A stretch of 64,000 nucleotides of DNA from Chromera velia (taxonomy: Eukaryota): positions 1 to 64,000 of the forward strand of contig JAHBMJ010000377.1 in NCBI GenBank assembly GCA_018398765.1. Direction: 5' to 3'. The translations under genes and the position numbers were made by a program. The notes under the pieces are model-generated. The model had not been told where the DNA came from, did not search any database, and saw only the letters and a program-made list of their open reading frames with translations. Of this stretch, positions 42,778 through 56,775 are shown one piece after another; the first letter of the stretch is position 1; every line of letters begins with the position of its first letter.

Positions 42778-43669
42778 TCAGTCGAGGGCTGCCAGTCTCT
42801 TCAGTCTTTGCCTCTCTGCCACTGGCAGACGTCGGAACTTCTGCGGAGAGACCCCCAGCAGCTCCTTGAAATCGGACGGGTGGAGATACTCTTCTCTTCT
42901 GCAATCAAACAAGATCGAAGAAAAATGAGGGGGCTAATTCTAGCTCCGCTCACCTGTCTGACCCTAACGACTCAAATAGTCACACATGAAGACTAGGAGC
43001 ACCCGCATACAGGGAGGGTGTCTACGTAGAAGGTCTGAATAAGAAAACTCAAGTCTGACGGACAGAGAATCTGAATGCAAAACACCGCCCCTCCTCGATT
43101 CCTCACTAGAAGAATATCGACTGACGGACCTGGAAGGATCGACCCACAGTGCCGCCTCCCCAGTCGCACACCTGCCCCCCGAGTTCACCAGCACAGCTGC
43201 AGGCAGAAAAATGCGGCATCCCACAGGAGACCCGAGGAAGGACTCCCCGTGAGGGGCCACGGAGTTCTCATCCGACACCACAGGGTCCAGACGACTGGCT
43301 CCCTCGGCTCCTCTCCCCTCCTCCGCCTCTGCTTCCTTCTCCTCTTCTGCCTCTGCGGCGTGTGAAGGCAGACCGACAGATGCACTCTTGTGTACAGACC
43401 CTGACCCTCCCCTCCCACAGAAATCAGCACTCTGTCGGGAGCTGTGGATCCTTGGGGGAGCCCCCCCCGAGGGACTTCTTGTTGCGGACGTAGCGGGCCA
43501 GACGGGCGACTCTCCTGATCCTCCCCCACTTGCAGCCAGGCCCAGAGGGAACCGTTCGGAACGGAAAGTGACTGCATCAACACACACCGACAGACAAGCA
43601 GGCAAGAAAAGCAAACGTCGAGTGAAAGCATAATTAAGGAAAGAGAAAGGAGGGAAGGAGGGAGGGAGG

Positions 43670-43708
<39 letters not shown>

Positions 43709-46700
43709 GAGGAATGATGAACGAATCGAATCACTGAACAAAACGCCTGAACCGACCAGCGGAAAATGTCTCTCATGACAGAGGATAGGCAAGGGGATGT
43801 TGAAGGAAGGAATCAAATCGAATGACCCCTCGGGGTGCTACAATCAACAGCATCCATTGTGCAGATGATGAGGTGCAGTACAATTCGTTCGAACAGAGAG
43901 GGGGCGGAACCTCAGCTAGACGGTCACTACAAGAATTCGCGCCAGAGGCTTACTCACCTTCCGCGTTCCCTCCTGAATGTTGCATGCTGCCGATTCGCTG
44001 TGGTACAGACAAAATATTTCCATAAGGCGGACTATGGCTCATCACCCCCGACAGTCTCTGCACCAATCCCGATCCAAGTCTCGAACCTCTTTCCTCTAGC
44101 AGACTCGGGTAGGGATCTCCGAGCTCTCTCACCACCGCCGCGCCCGTGCCTGCTGTCTGGGGGGGGGAGGTGAACCACCGGCAGACTGCACTGAGGGCTG
44201 TTGTGGGGGGATGAAGTGGAAGGGGATGTCGGGGGGGGCTGTAGTGCACTTGCACCGGAGGGGCGCCAGTGGGCACACGGACAGGAGTACAGCCATATGA
44301 GAGATGCATGCCCCATGCGGGTTGATGGACTGGACGGGGGGCGAGGGGGTTCGTGAGAGCCTGTATAGGCACAGGTGGTGAGGGTGAGACAGTGGGTGGT
44401 TGGACGACTGTGAGGGGTCGTTGTGGTGCAGGAATGTAAGGGGCGGGCCGGACTACCGGACCCCAGTTGTATCCGTTGAAGTTTTGAAGCGGTAGTGAGG
44501 GTGTGTGTGTTCCTGTGGGGAGGCAGGTGAACGTAGGTGGAGGGGGGCAGGGTGAGAGAGAAAATCCGCCCGTGGGTGCGAGAGAGGGAAAGGGGGGGGA
44601 TGCCGCTGAGATCGGTGGCATGGGTTGCATGGGGATGGCTCTCGGTTGAAATTCTCTTTGTGAGGGTGGCGTGACGGTGCGGACACTACGAGACCTGCGG
44701 AGGTTCCTTCCGGGCGGCGTTGTCTTCTGCACGTACACACTCTCGTAACAAGCGGCAGGGGGCTGTGTTGCGAGGGCGTCGACTGGGTGAGGTTTGGGGG
44801 GGGGAGAAAGCCCTGGTGAGTTCAGATGAGGAGGAGCTGGTGGTGGGGGAATACAGAAAGAGGCGTCGGCGTCGTCTAGATCTCTCTGAGGAGTAGTTTC
44901 TGTTTTGTGACTCTGAGTGTTGTTTTCCTTCTCTGGTTCTCTCTGCTCCTGTTGGCTGGTCTGTGTCTGAGCGGACTGAGATGGAGGGAGGGCTGGAGGA
45001 GGTGCAGATGCAACAACAGGAGGGGGGGTTCTCTCATCCTTGATGACCACTCGGACGGTTGTGCGGCAGGGGAAGGGAAGAGGAACTCTCATTGTGTTGG
45101 TCTCACTTTCCTCCAAAATGCCTTCATATCTGTCTGTCTCTTCTCCTTCTTCTTCCTGTTCTTCTCTTTCAGATACTGAACAGACCGGAGCGTGCTCGAA
45201 GGGCTCCTCCACTAGAGATCGGGTCCTCCCCTTGTGAGAGTGTTTGTCTTCGATCACTCTCTCTTCCTCCCCTTGACTCTCCTTGAGTGTTCCGACAGAA
45301 TCCCTGGAGCGTCTCGCTGTCTGACGGTTTCGTTCGGAGGTGACGCTCTGACGAGGGTCTGTCGAGAGCCCGTGCTGCTCCCCTTGCTCGACAACGTGCC
45401 CTCCTTCTCTTTCTTCTTCTTCTTCTTCTTCTTGGGCCTCCTGGACTTCCGCATGATGGTGGAAGCTCCCGTATTCGTGTGAGCGTGATTTTCTTTTTTG
45501 TTCTCTTCCGGTATGACTCTCTCGGCCGTGTTCGCCCGATGCCAGTGCAGGGTGACACTGTGACGACACACGCCGACGCAAGCCGACAGAGGAAAAGGTG
45601 CCCCCTCCCGCAGACGACGCCACGTTGCGAATTGGGACAGAGGTGATGGATTGCCCTCCTGAAGGGGTGCGGAGGGGCACGGAGGCAAGTGAGTTGCTCA
45701 GGGATGTCTCTCGCAACGGAACCGAAGAGAACGTGCCACCTGCAGACTGTTTACGCAACGGCACAGATTCGATTGACTTCCTCACAGAAGCTCTGTCTCT
45801 GCGCAATGGCACAGATTCGATTGACTCCCTCACAGAAGCTCTGTCTCTGCGCAATGGCACAGATTCGATTGACTCCTTTACAGAAGCTCTGTCTCTGCGC
45901 AATGGCACAGACTCTATCGACGCACCGACAGAGGCTCTGTTGTGGCGCAAGAGGGAAACAGACGGAATTGCGTCCCCAACCGACGCAGGTCGAACAGGGA
46001 CTGAGGCAAGAGAATGGGAGCCTCCTGATGACTTTCGCTGCCGTACTGCTGGTGCAGCTGCTGCAGAGAGAGACTGCCTAGCGGTCTGACTTTTGTCTGG
46101 CCCTCCAACTGCGCTGAATGCGCGCGAGTGTGATCTGGATTGGGTTTGTGACTGGGAAACACTCTGCAGTCTTCTTTCCTTTCCCATCGAATTTTGAGAA
46201 TCTTTTCTGTCTCCCCTGAAGGATCTAGTCCTTCTTTCTTCCTTCTCCTCCTCTTCTCCATCCGCATCTCCCTGCTCCTCCTCTTCTTCTTCCACATGAA
46301 GGACGCCCCCCCCAGAGGCACAGACAGATCGCCGTCCCCCGAGACGCACACCCCCCTCCTCGACGTCGCCGTCCTCTCCTGAGTTGGTCTGTGAGAAGAC
46401 CGAAGGGCCCCGGCATGTCCCTCCAGAGACAGACGCGGAAGGGCCCCGGCATGCCCCTCCTGAGACAGACACGGGGCGGCCCGGTTGGGAGGTCCTTCTG
46501 CATGGGGGGAGTTCGGAAGAATGTTCGGCCCCGGAAAGCCGGTGTGCCTGCCCACTCCCACTCCCCTCCCATGCCTCTGTTCGGCATATGGAATTATTCC
46601 GGGGAGAGAGCGAATTCGACTGATTTCTTTGGGGGGGTGCGAAGACCCTGGGTTCCTCTGTCACGTGTCTCTTTTTGGTCTTCGGATACGGATTGGCTTC

Positions 46701-49700
46701 TGCTTCTTCTGTCCACACACTCATGATGAGATCTTGATGATCACCCCCCCTTGGGGTGGAGAGCAATTGGGGGGATTTGGGATTGACAAACCGGGGTGTG
46801 CTTATGACCTCAGTGGTCCACTCAGAGTCCCTCCCCAAGGTCATCGAAGCCCCCCCTTTTCCTTTGGAGTGCAGAACCTGATGCTGGTTGGATTTTGAGT
46901 GCAACCCGCTGAGAGAAGGGGAACCTGCCCCGAGTTGGGATCTTGTGGAGACGCTGGCTACTGTCCTGCTCTGTTGTTTTGTGTCCCCGTTGAAAGGGAG
47001 GACCCGTTTCTTCGTCACGACATCGAATGACATTGGGGTCTCTGCATGATCATCATCCTCCTCGTCTTGTTCTTCTTGTCTCATCACCATCATTGCGGTG
47101 CTGCCATCATCTACAGGATACTCCTCAAGAACGTAATCCCGTTCTCCCTCCGCCTCCTCCTCCTGCTGTAGGTGTCCTTCGTCCTCTCCCTCATGCAATG
47201 CGAGAGGCAGAGGCAGCTCGAAGAACGACGTCAAACCGACAGCCCCCGGGGAAGCAGACACAGGACTGGCGGCAGCCATCACAGCCGCCTGCTTCTGCTG
47301 CCACGCCCGCTCACCTGCCAGCACCTCCTCAGGCAGACCCCAATTGCCGTCCCCTTTGTCCCCAAACTCTCCAGTGGGGGGGCGGTTGAGAACCACACTG
47401 CCGATGTTGGAGGAAAGGGGTACCAGATGGCCGTGCAGACTCAAACGCTGCAGGCTGCCGTTTTGGGATTGGCGGCTTTGGGATCGGCTGCGAGAGGGTG
47501 CGAGGGCACTTCTCGAATGAACGCTCCCTGCTCTGACCATTCCTTCTCCTCCTCTGTGGAAAGCATCATCATCTGCGGGTTGGTTTGATTGGCTTCTGTC
47601 TGCTTCTTCTGGCAGATGAATGTCGGCAGGGGTGGAGCGGGTTCGGCGGCCGCCCTCTGTTTGGTCTGCAAAGATGACTTGGTTTTCTTCTGACCGGTAC
47701 TGTCTTCGCTTTCCCGGACCATTCAGGAAAGGACCAGAAACAGTTTTCCGGGACGAGACGTCGCCTGAGAAGGTCCCTGAGGGAGCTGGGGGAATGGAGG
47801 AACGAGGAGAAGAGGGAATCTGTATGGCAGTCCCTTGGGGGGAATAGTCGGCCTGCTGTCTCATCTGACGAGGAGACGCCCACTGACTGGGGGCTGTCTG
47901 TCTTCTTCTGTGTGAGCTCGTGAGAGACGTGATGCTGTAGCTTCTGTTTTCTGTGGATTGTTTTCTCTGTTTGGCCTGGAGGGTTCCAGTGAGGTCTGTT
48001 TGGAATCTTCTGCCTGTCTGTGTGCTGGTGACTGGGAAGGCATAGGGGGGATTGGAAGTGGAGAGGCGAGGTGGGATACCCGCTGGGGGCCCTGACATTC
48101 TCTTGAGGTCTTCTTTCAGAGGGAGAGAGGAACTTTGGTCTGGCTGCACTGAGACTCTCTGAGCTTCTCTTTGGTTTGATGAATTGATTGGGTTCTGCTG
48201 CGGAAGGAACGAAGGATTTTCTTGCCTGTGACTCTTTCTTGGCACAGTCTGACTGACATGTTTGCTTGCTGGGAGGGAGAGGGCACGAGTGTGAGCAAGG
48301 GCGTTGATCGAGCCCCTCGTTGATGAGTTCTGAGCCGTCATCGTGGTGCGTCGCCTTTCTTTCTTTGCCGACAGAAGAGCCGCCACAGACAGACGAGGCC
48401 GGGTTGCTGGATTTTGGCTGTGCTTCCTCAGAGAGTGCATGGCAGCGGGAGCAGAAGAAATCGAGCATCGATTCTGAGAAGGGGAACCTAGTGAGGGTAT
48501 GAGACAGTAAGATGATCGGCTGGCTACCAGAGCGGCAGCAACCGAAGGAGGCAGAACCTCCAAAGCTGCCGAGACTTCCATTTCCTTCCTTTCAATCTCA
48601 TCCTCCTCCTCTTCTTCTCCCTCAGGCTCTCCCCCTCCTTCGCGGTTGGGATTCCAGACTTCTTCAACCTCCGCTCCATCGTCCTCGGGTTCTCCTTCTT
48701 CGTCACTCAGAGCAAGCAACACCGCGGCTACAGATTTCTTCTTCGGGGATGATCTTCTTCGGTTGCTGTCCCCGTCTCCTCCAGACACAGACTGTCTCTG
48801 CAAGTGCAAGTTCATCTCCCTGCTGTCTCCAGAGAATGTCGGGAAGACCCAGCCGGAGTCTCTTGCAGGGGGAGTTCTGCTGCCCCCCCCCCCCCCCCCC
48901 NNNNNNNNNNNNNNNNNNNNNNNNNNNNNNNNNNNNNNNNNNNNNNNNNNNNNNNNNNNNNNNNNNNNNNNNNNNNNNNNNNNNNNNNNNCCCCTCCCCT
49001 GCTGGTCGTCGAACGTCGGGTCCTCGAGATACTCTGGACTGAGCCCCTCTGTTTGGATTGCTCTCCGGAGAGCTGCGTGTTGCACGCATTCATACACACA
49101 GAAGGAAAGAAAGAAAGAAAGAAAGAAAGAAAGAAACAGGGGAGACGTACAACGGGATTGATTCATTCTGAAATTCAGTCCTTCGAACGATCGATGCCAA
49201 TTGTTCTGAAAGCAGTTTCGAAACTTGATCCAAGAGGATCCTCTCTCCACTGTTAAAGCCGCCAGAAAGCCCCAAATAGTGCATGTCTAGGATTTCACTA
49301 ATTCCTCCCTCCAGCTGCCGGTTAAGTCAGACTCCCATCTGACCCACCACGTCCATCCGCACAGCACGACACGCACGCAAATACCAAAATAAATAAAACG
49401 CAAAGCTCACCTTACTGTTGAGTGACTCCATCTCGCTGCTCCCTTCTCCAGCGCTTCCACTCTCATCCTGAATGACCGCATGGGGGTCTTCCTGCTCTCT
49501 GCTCAGAGAAGCCTCTACCACTCTCTGCAGAAGCTCAGGAGAAGATCTGGAAGACTCGAGAGGACTCAAGGCCAATCCACCGACGCACGCAGAGGGTGGC
49601 CCTGGGTCTTGCAGAAGCTCCAGTCTGGGGGTCCCTCCGGCCTGTCCGTCTCCCTCCCCGGCCATTCCATCCCCGTCTCCGTCTCCTGCAGAGGGGAGGA

Positions 49701-50417
49701 GACCCAGGAGACGGTCCTTCTGCCCCCCTCCTCTGGAACCCCCTTCTGACCTTGTCAGAGGGGGGGGGGCACGGGTGGTTCGGTAGACTCCCTCCTCGCC
49801 CCGATTTCTGGAGGCCTCCCGGATACTGCACGTACATGCACCAATCCGTCAGTGTGTTGATATTATTTGATATTTCGGCTATTTGAATCTACAGTCTCCT
49901 CAGACAAACCCTTTATGACGATCGAGAGATGGTGAACCCAAAAGGACAGGTGTCACTCACAAGCACCGAAAGACATCGATACAGAGGAAAACAAAGAGGA
50001 TGTCTACAGACAGAAAGGACAGGATGAACCAAGATTAAGCACAACCGTCACAGAACGCGGCATACTCTGCATGGCAAGGCTGAATGCAAGCACAACAGCA
50101 AGAACATGAGAGTGTTTCTCGAGTCGTGCAATACTTCGTTATTTTTTCCTTCGACACCCATGCAGCCAGATCCTCCCATGCCCCCCTCTTCCCCTTCCTT
50201 GGTACCTTTCGACAACTTCCGCCAGCTGTTCCCTGCTCTCTCCCTCCTCTTCCTTATCTATCTGGATCCACTCCTGCTCGAGGATGCCCGCGCAATCGGG
50301 TCGGTAGTCGGGGTCTTCTCTCAGCGCCTCCATCAGAAACTCCATCAACTCACTGCATGCATCATGCAGGTGGTCAGTTAATTAGTCAGGCAAACAGCCC
50401 GGCAGTCAGTACGGCAG

Positions 50418-50465
<48 letters not shown>

Positions 50466-51092
50466 TTGTGCGGTTTCTTCCATTCTTCTCTTTATTCCTT
50501 GCCGGACCAAAGGTCTGTGCTGACCACTTTTTTCTATCAGAACAAAAGAACACTCAAAAACGCCTGTACGCAGATCGGATTGTGCAAGAAGAGTGCTAAG
50601 GTGCATTATCAATATCTATCTGAAGACTGTCGCTTGAAAGAAAAACAGATCCTTCACGATGCATCTTCAGCAATGCAATTCTGACTGACTGACCCGGTCC
50701 AATTTTCGTCGAAGGAGAAGTGCCGCCCTGCCCGGTTGCCCTCTGCCATGTGCACGAGGAACTGGAGAGGGTTGCTGTAGAAGACCTCCGCCAGAGGGGG
50801 CACTCCCTGCAGACAGAAAGGCAGGCAGGCAGGCAAGTAGACCAGACGACAAAGGACAAAGAAGAGAAAAGCAAAACGAGAAGGTTCTCAAAGTAGCAAC
50901 CATCAAACAAGAGAATTGGAGCTTCGATCAGTTTTCTTTTCTCAAGTAATCAGTCTGCAGTGCCTTTTTCTTTTTCTTCTCAAGTAATCAGTCTGCAGTG
51001 TCTTGCCGGCAATTCGTCCAGCCAAGAAAAGGACAGGAATGGTATGAACAGACTTCGACAATCCACCCCCCCACCAATTTCCCCTCCCCCCC

Positions 51093-51126
<34 letters not shown>

Positions 51127-51445
51127 ATATATATACATACATACAGGCAGACAAAGACACCTGCCTGTCGACTAACCCGAACGAGTTCCACAGCAGTCAC
51201 CCCCAGACTCCAGACGTCTGCCTTCTCGTTGTACCCCTCTCTTCTGATCACCTGCATCCATCCATCCGTCGATCCGAAGGGAATTCAATCGAATGAAATC
51301 AATCACTGTGTGTGTGTTGGAAGGGAGAGACGGGGAAGACGCGACTGACGCACGCAGAAAGAAAGAATGAAAGTGAGAGCGAGGAGAATCAGGACAGAGG
51401 GGAAGAGTACAGGGGACAGAGAGGGAGGTCGGACACAGACAGACT

Positions 51446-51493
<48 letters not shown>

Positions 51494-52482
51494 GAGGGAA
51501 ATACGGATGGATGGATGGATGGATGGATGGATGGTTGGATGGATGGATGGATGAATACCAGCCTCCTGCCTCCAGATTCCTTCCCGAACAAGACAGAGTT
51601 CAAATCACAGGCAGAAACGCTCACATGACGCGCATGCACCGTCATTCAACCGCTGCTTGCCCTCAGGTTCCTTGAAACCTTTTCTACGCATGCAGGGACA
51701 GGCGGCAATGTCCGCATCCACGCAATTGCGGGCATGTATGCGTTGACATGTCCACCCCCCCCCCCCCCNNNNNACACACACACACAGGTACACATACACA
51801 CATGCCTGCATACCTCTGGGGCCATCCAAAAGGGGGTGCCTGTGAAAGTCCCCCGTCGCCGTCCTGGCAGAATGACTGCAGGAAGGCAGACAGACAGAAA
51901 CAAAGACACAAAGGCATTATCGGCGTGAATGCATGGATGTAACAGACGGAGATACGGCGTCGCTTAAGCAAAAAGTGTTGCTTGAGGTGAAGCTCCCGTA
52001 GTGCAGCTGGTGCAAAGCCGTTTACACGCAGGAGGGATGGGGGGGTCTTTGATGTGACACAACAACTGGTTGTTTGGAAGAGACCGCACTGCTTGCTCAA
52101 TTTGTCTGTATTTCTGTGTTTTCGTAGTAAGCTTCTTTCTCTTTTTCGTCCGGTCCCCTTTCGGTCTCCCTCCCACGATAGCAAAACGACAGACAGACAG
52201 ACAGACTCACTTTCGGAGACACCAAAGTCGCAAATCTTCACTTTGCCCTCCCAGTCAATCAGAAGATTCGCAGCTGCATTCATTGAAGCAGACACAGACG
52301 GAAGTGACACAGAGAGAGAAAGGAAGAGGGGGGTCCTTCAAACACGCATGCCCGGATAAAGTCGTGTATGCAAACCCACACGGGAGCTGTTGTGTGTGAC
52401 ATCACCACTGAGACTGTTTCCTTCAATCGCACATCGTTTTTCCGCTTTACTTTTCTTTTTTTCGGAATGGGATGGATGCCTC

Positions 52483-52514
<32 letters not shown>

Positions 52515-54335
52515 CCTGCCTGCATGTCTTCTCAAACCGACCCTTCACGTCTCTGTGCATGAGCCCCGCCCCGTGCAGTCTCCTCAGAGCCTCCGCGGCG
52601 TCTCTGATGATCAGAGCGGCCAGGTGCTCCGGGAGGGCGCCCTCTTCGAGCTGAAGAGCGAGAACACACAGGAGGGAGAAAGGGGCGGGGAACATTCAAG
52701 GAGACAAACAGACAGACAGACAGACAGACAGGCAGGCAAAGAGGCAGACAGACAGGCAGACAAAGACACACAACATAGGACGCAGTCAGCCTAGATGCTG
52801 ACAGGCAGCGAGCCACGGGCAGAATCGACAAGCAGAAAAAACTCGACTTACGATACGGTCACAGCCCAGTCCGTCGATGAAGTCAAGCACGATGAAGAGG
52901 AAGAAACCGCCCCCCTTTTTGAGGACGAAGGACTCGTGAAGCCTCGGGGTCAGGTCGGGAATTGCCTCCGTCACCTGAAGAAGAAGGGAGGGATGGAAGA
53001 AAGAAAGGAAGGAGGGGGGGAAGAAAGAGAGGAGAGCATCATTTGAGCGTTCACAAGGCATTTGCACAAGGCGTCTCGGATTTCTTTAACATCAATGGAG
53101 GGTTCTAGGGGAGTTCGTTGACGGACTAGCTGTCTTCTCAAGCAGTCGACAACATGCGCGAAGTGAAGCCGCTGTTTCCGATCCATCCAACCCTCCTCCG
53201 TCAATTTCGAGGTCCATCCGAACGTTCACCTATCGATCGGTACTTGCAGGAAGGAGCGTCATTGCTGCCTCTTCATTCATGTCTTTCTTTCTTGTAGCTG
53301 TGTATGAATACTTCTTTCGAAAAATCAAATAATGCGTTTGAGCCGCTGATCAACTGACCATTCTGAGGAATGTAACTTCCCTCACAGTCATGCATACAGA
53401 ATTCATTTTCATACAGAATGAAAATAAATGCACTAACGAACCATTCTGAGGAGTGTGACTTCCCTCACAGTCGTGCTGACGTCCAGCTTCCACTGCTCCC
53501 CGCCGTGCTTTTCGAGGTTGATCAGCTTCACGGCAACCACAGTCAGGTCGTGGCGACGCACACTGAAAAGAAGACGCACAGAAGAAGATGACAAATTCAC
53601 ACAGGCCGCAGAGCGCCACACATTTATGTACACGGTTCTTTCTTCTCGTACTCTGCCTCTCTACCTGCTTGCCTGCCTCTCTGCATTTCTGTCTGTCTGT
53701 CTCTCTATCTAAGTGCTTGTGTCTCTGTCCTCGCTCAAGACTTTTTTCTGCCGACGGTCAGCTTACATACAAACGGCCCGGAACTGTTCATGTACAGGTT
53801 TTTCTATTTTTCTTCAATACTTAAATATGCACAGCATGCTGCCATGCGAATTCGTTTCCTTCTCCTTTCCACAATCTCATCCCTGTGGCTGATCCCTGTA
53901 GAAGGCACCCATGCCAGAGTCCGAATCCACTAACCATTTCCAGACCTCACCGTACCCTCCTGCAGGCACCAAAAGCACACATGCATGCATGCGTTCATGC
54001 GGGGAGGATTCAGTCTGACAAACTGACATGCACGAATTTCGTATGCCAACTGTGAGAAAGCTAGGTCTCCTTGCACGATCGACCCTCATGCAAATCATCC
54101 TTCCCCTATTCACTCCAAGCGAAAACGTACCTTGTCCAAGCTTTTCCAAAACCACATAGGACCAGGAGGGGTTTCGACTCGATTTCAAAATCTTTCCAGG
54201 GGCAAAGGGCTGGAAGGGGCTCTGAGGATCCACTCCTCCTTGGCGAGGCGCCCCGCCCTGTCTTTCCCCGTCCCCCACTGCACCTACAGACCTAATGGAC
54301 CTACGCATGTCCTCCACGAGGTCCTCTGACGTCAT
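42778..54335 (-). CDS. STE20/GCK-family Ser/Thr kinase with very long low-complexity tail and C-terminal villin-headpiece-like domain
   Basis: Exons between 54335 and ~50150 give [78 protein letters not shown] and DPDYRP. A giant exon (~49075-43958) spans an N gap. Further exons are ~43571-43011, a possible 10-nt microexon at 42963-42954, and the last exon at 42898-42778 ([39 protein letters not shown]). Continuity from kinase to tail is inferred. Confidence 0.8.
45750..45945 (-). repeat. Coding tandem repeat, 48 bp (16 aa) x ~4: [16 protein letters not shown]
   Basis: Visible in the 1766-aa ORF and in DNA as repeated GGCACAGATTCGATTGACT...ACAGAAGCTCTGTCTCTGCGCAAT. Confidence 0.85.
48901..48990. 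other. Assembly gap (90 N) within a poly-C tract
   Basis: Run of N flanked by C runs. Frame continuity across it is not verifiable. Confidence 0.99.
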
Positions 54336-55084
54336 TGCTTCTTTCAAAGATCAGGACATTACTTCACTTATGAACTTGTTCGTTTGGAATTACTCTGCCG
54401 CTGGGGCACTCCGCCTGTGGATCGTACATATATATATATATATATATGTTTTTTATACGCCTTCTGAACACGACTGTTTGGTCCAGCCACTGACCCCTAT
54501 AGTGTGCTCTCTGCTACTTACGTGCAGCTGCAGATCGATCGACAGTTCAATGGTGCTTCACAGATCGATTGATTGGATGCATCGTATACATATATATATA
54601 CGTTTCGAATTAAGGTTTTTTTTTCTCGCTGCATGACAAATGTCAGCGCGTTTGTACGTCTGCAGACCGAAAAGGCTATTTTCGCGCGTTTTTCTCGCGC
54701 ACCTGCCGCGCGCGGACACTGAACTGTGCATGTTTTTGTCAGTTTTTTGGAAAAAAAAAAAAAAAACTGCAAATTCTGTTTCGCTGGGCAGTGGGCAGCA
54801 CATGGAGCTGGACATCCCTGTGGAGTCATGTGGAGTCTGACGCAGTTTCGGTCTATATAGCATTATATAGCTGTGGGTGCAGCAGAACTTACTGGACAGT
54901 TTGGACACGTATATCCCATAAGACTTCGGGGCTTCTGTACAGACCGATCATCCGTCGGATTTTTTTTTGTGCTCTCTCTTTGAAGAAGCGAAAGACCCGA
55001 GACCGACTCAGCCAGGCCGGCGAGGATACACTTGCTTTGCTTCCCTTCTTTGTTGTCCTAAGTAGGCGCCCGCAAACAGACAAA

Positions 55085-56775
55085 ATGATGCGAATGTCGG
55101 CTGCTTTGATCTTTGCACTTTTTGGCCTTGTTTCCTCTTCCCTTCTGACGGGCACGGGGAAGTTCTCAGCCAACGAGACGGTAGGGGAGACTGGCCACCA
55201 CAACCAAGACCAGAAGGCAGAGGCTCACAGATGTCTGACTCCAGGAGACGACGAGTGCGTTTTCTCTTTTTTGGGGGGGATGTGAAAAGAAAAGCACACG
55301 TAGGCGCGCAGTCGAGCTGATGCACTTGCAGCGTGCTGTCACATCGATTAGAAAAGGACCGGCGTGTTTTTTTCCCCGTCAATAGTCTCCGAACATTTTT
55401 TTCTCTTCTGTGCAAAGAAATTGGGAGGGAGAAAGTGGATGTGCAGTCGAATGGTGACGATTGCTTAGGAGCATAAATGGGACTCATGAATTCGGTCACT
55501 CCCTCCCTATCTTTCTTTCCCGAACTTTCGTTTTCTTTTTTGCCCTTCCTTTCTTCTCGGCGGTCTCCGTCACCTCCGTCTCTTCAACTCGTGCAGCACC
55601 CCGTCTCTCTCCGCCTTTGACCTTCACCCGTATTGCACTTCTCTGTCTGAATGAATCTGATTGCCTGGGCAAGAAAGTGGACAGAAGGAAGGATTGCATC
55701 GATCGTGCAATGAATGACTGAACGAACGCAGCTACATGACCGGCTACTGTTTGAGCTACCGCTACAACGAGCGTACCCAGGAGAAGTACGAGGCCTGCTA
55801 CGACAAATGCGTGGATGATGACGAGACCAACGACCCCTTTCCAGGGGGACAGCAGGCCTGCTACGTGGGATGCAGGGACTCGATTAAGGGAACTAACGCG
55901 GACGTCGGGCACTGCTGCTCCAGAAAAAGCACCAATGCTGTGAACTGCTACAGGTAGGTGGGTGAGTGGGTGGGTATCTTCTTGTATCCTTTTGTAGGGG
56001 TAGGAAGTTAACCCACTGCTCGAGCGGGTAAGGCGGGGGTGGGGGGTGGGTGGCGATCAGTGAATAAGTGTAGCGGAAGGTGAGTGATTGCTGGGGGGAG
56101 AATCGCGAAATGATTCTTCTCTTCTCTCTTCAATTCGAATACCTCCTCATTTTCTTGTTCATGCGTCTCGTTTTTCGTTCTTTCCTTCATTCTTTCGTCT
56201 TTCTTTGTCTGACCGTCCGGCCGGAGTCTGTCCCTCTCCCTCTCTCCCTCTCTGTCTATCTGCAACTTTTCAATAACACACTTCTCTTCATTTGTGTCCT
56301 CCTCGCTCGTCTCGGTCCTTGCCTCTATTTTTATAATACTGCATCTCCTTTGCCGCCTTTTTGGTGGGTGAAGAGTTTCCTCACATTGCACTCGTTTGAC
56401 TCTCGTTTGACTTTCCTTTTTTCGTTCCTCCCTCCCCCCTTTCAATATCTGGTGCGTGCATACATTTCTGTTCCCTTTCCCTCTCTGCCTTGACTCCTGC
56501 TTTCCTGCAGATACTGCTGCATGCGTTTACTTTCTTTTTCTGTGTATGTATGTATTAATATGTATGTATGTATGTATGCCATGCTGCTTTCCTGCAGATA
56601 CTGCTGCAAGTCTTGGGGTGCGAACGAGAGAACTCTCTGGGGTCTCCACCTGCCTGACGGATACTGCACCTACTGCACATGGGTCGAACACGAGGCAGCT
56701 GACCCTCCCCTTCCCTCTGCAGCAGACTCAAGGAATCGCGCCGGTGCCTGCGCTGCAATCACAGACGCTCCGTGA
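55085..56775 (+). CDS. Small secreted cysteine-rich protein, 3 exons (55085-55254, 55732-55953, 56598-56775)
   Basis: The N-terminus MMRMSAALIFALFGLVSSSLL is signal-peptide-like. Phase-2 joins are DD|DYMTGYC and NCYR|YCCK. There are many Cys residues (CYDKC, CYVGC, HCC, YCC, YCTYC). Confidence 0.75.

Noticed and set aside
43950..49250. Stand-alone 1766-aa intronless gene
   Set aside because: Its first ~55 codons are intron-like (TTTC repeats) and it is bounded by splice signals. It is better read as an internal exon of the kinase gene, and it crosses an N gap.
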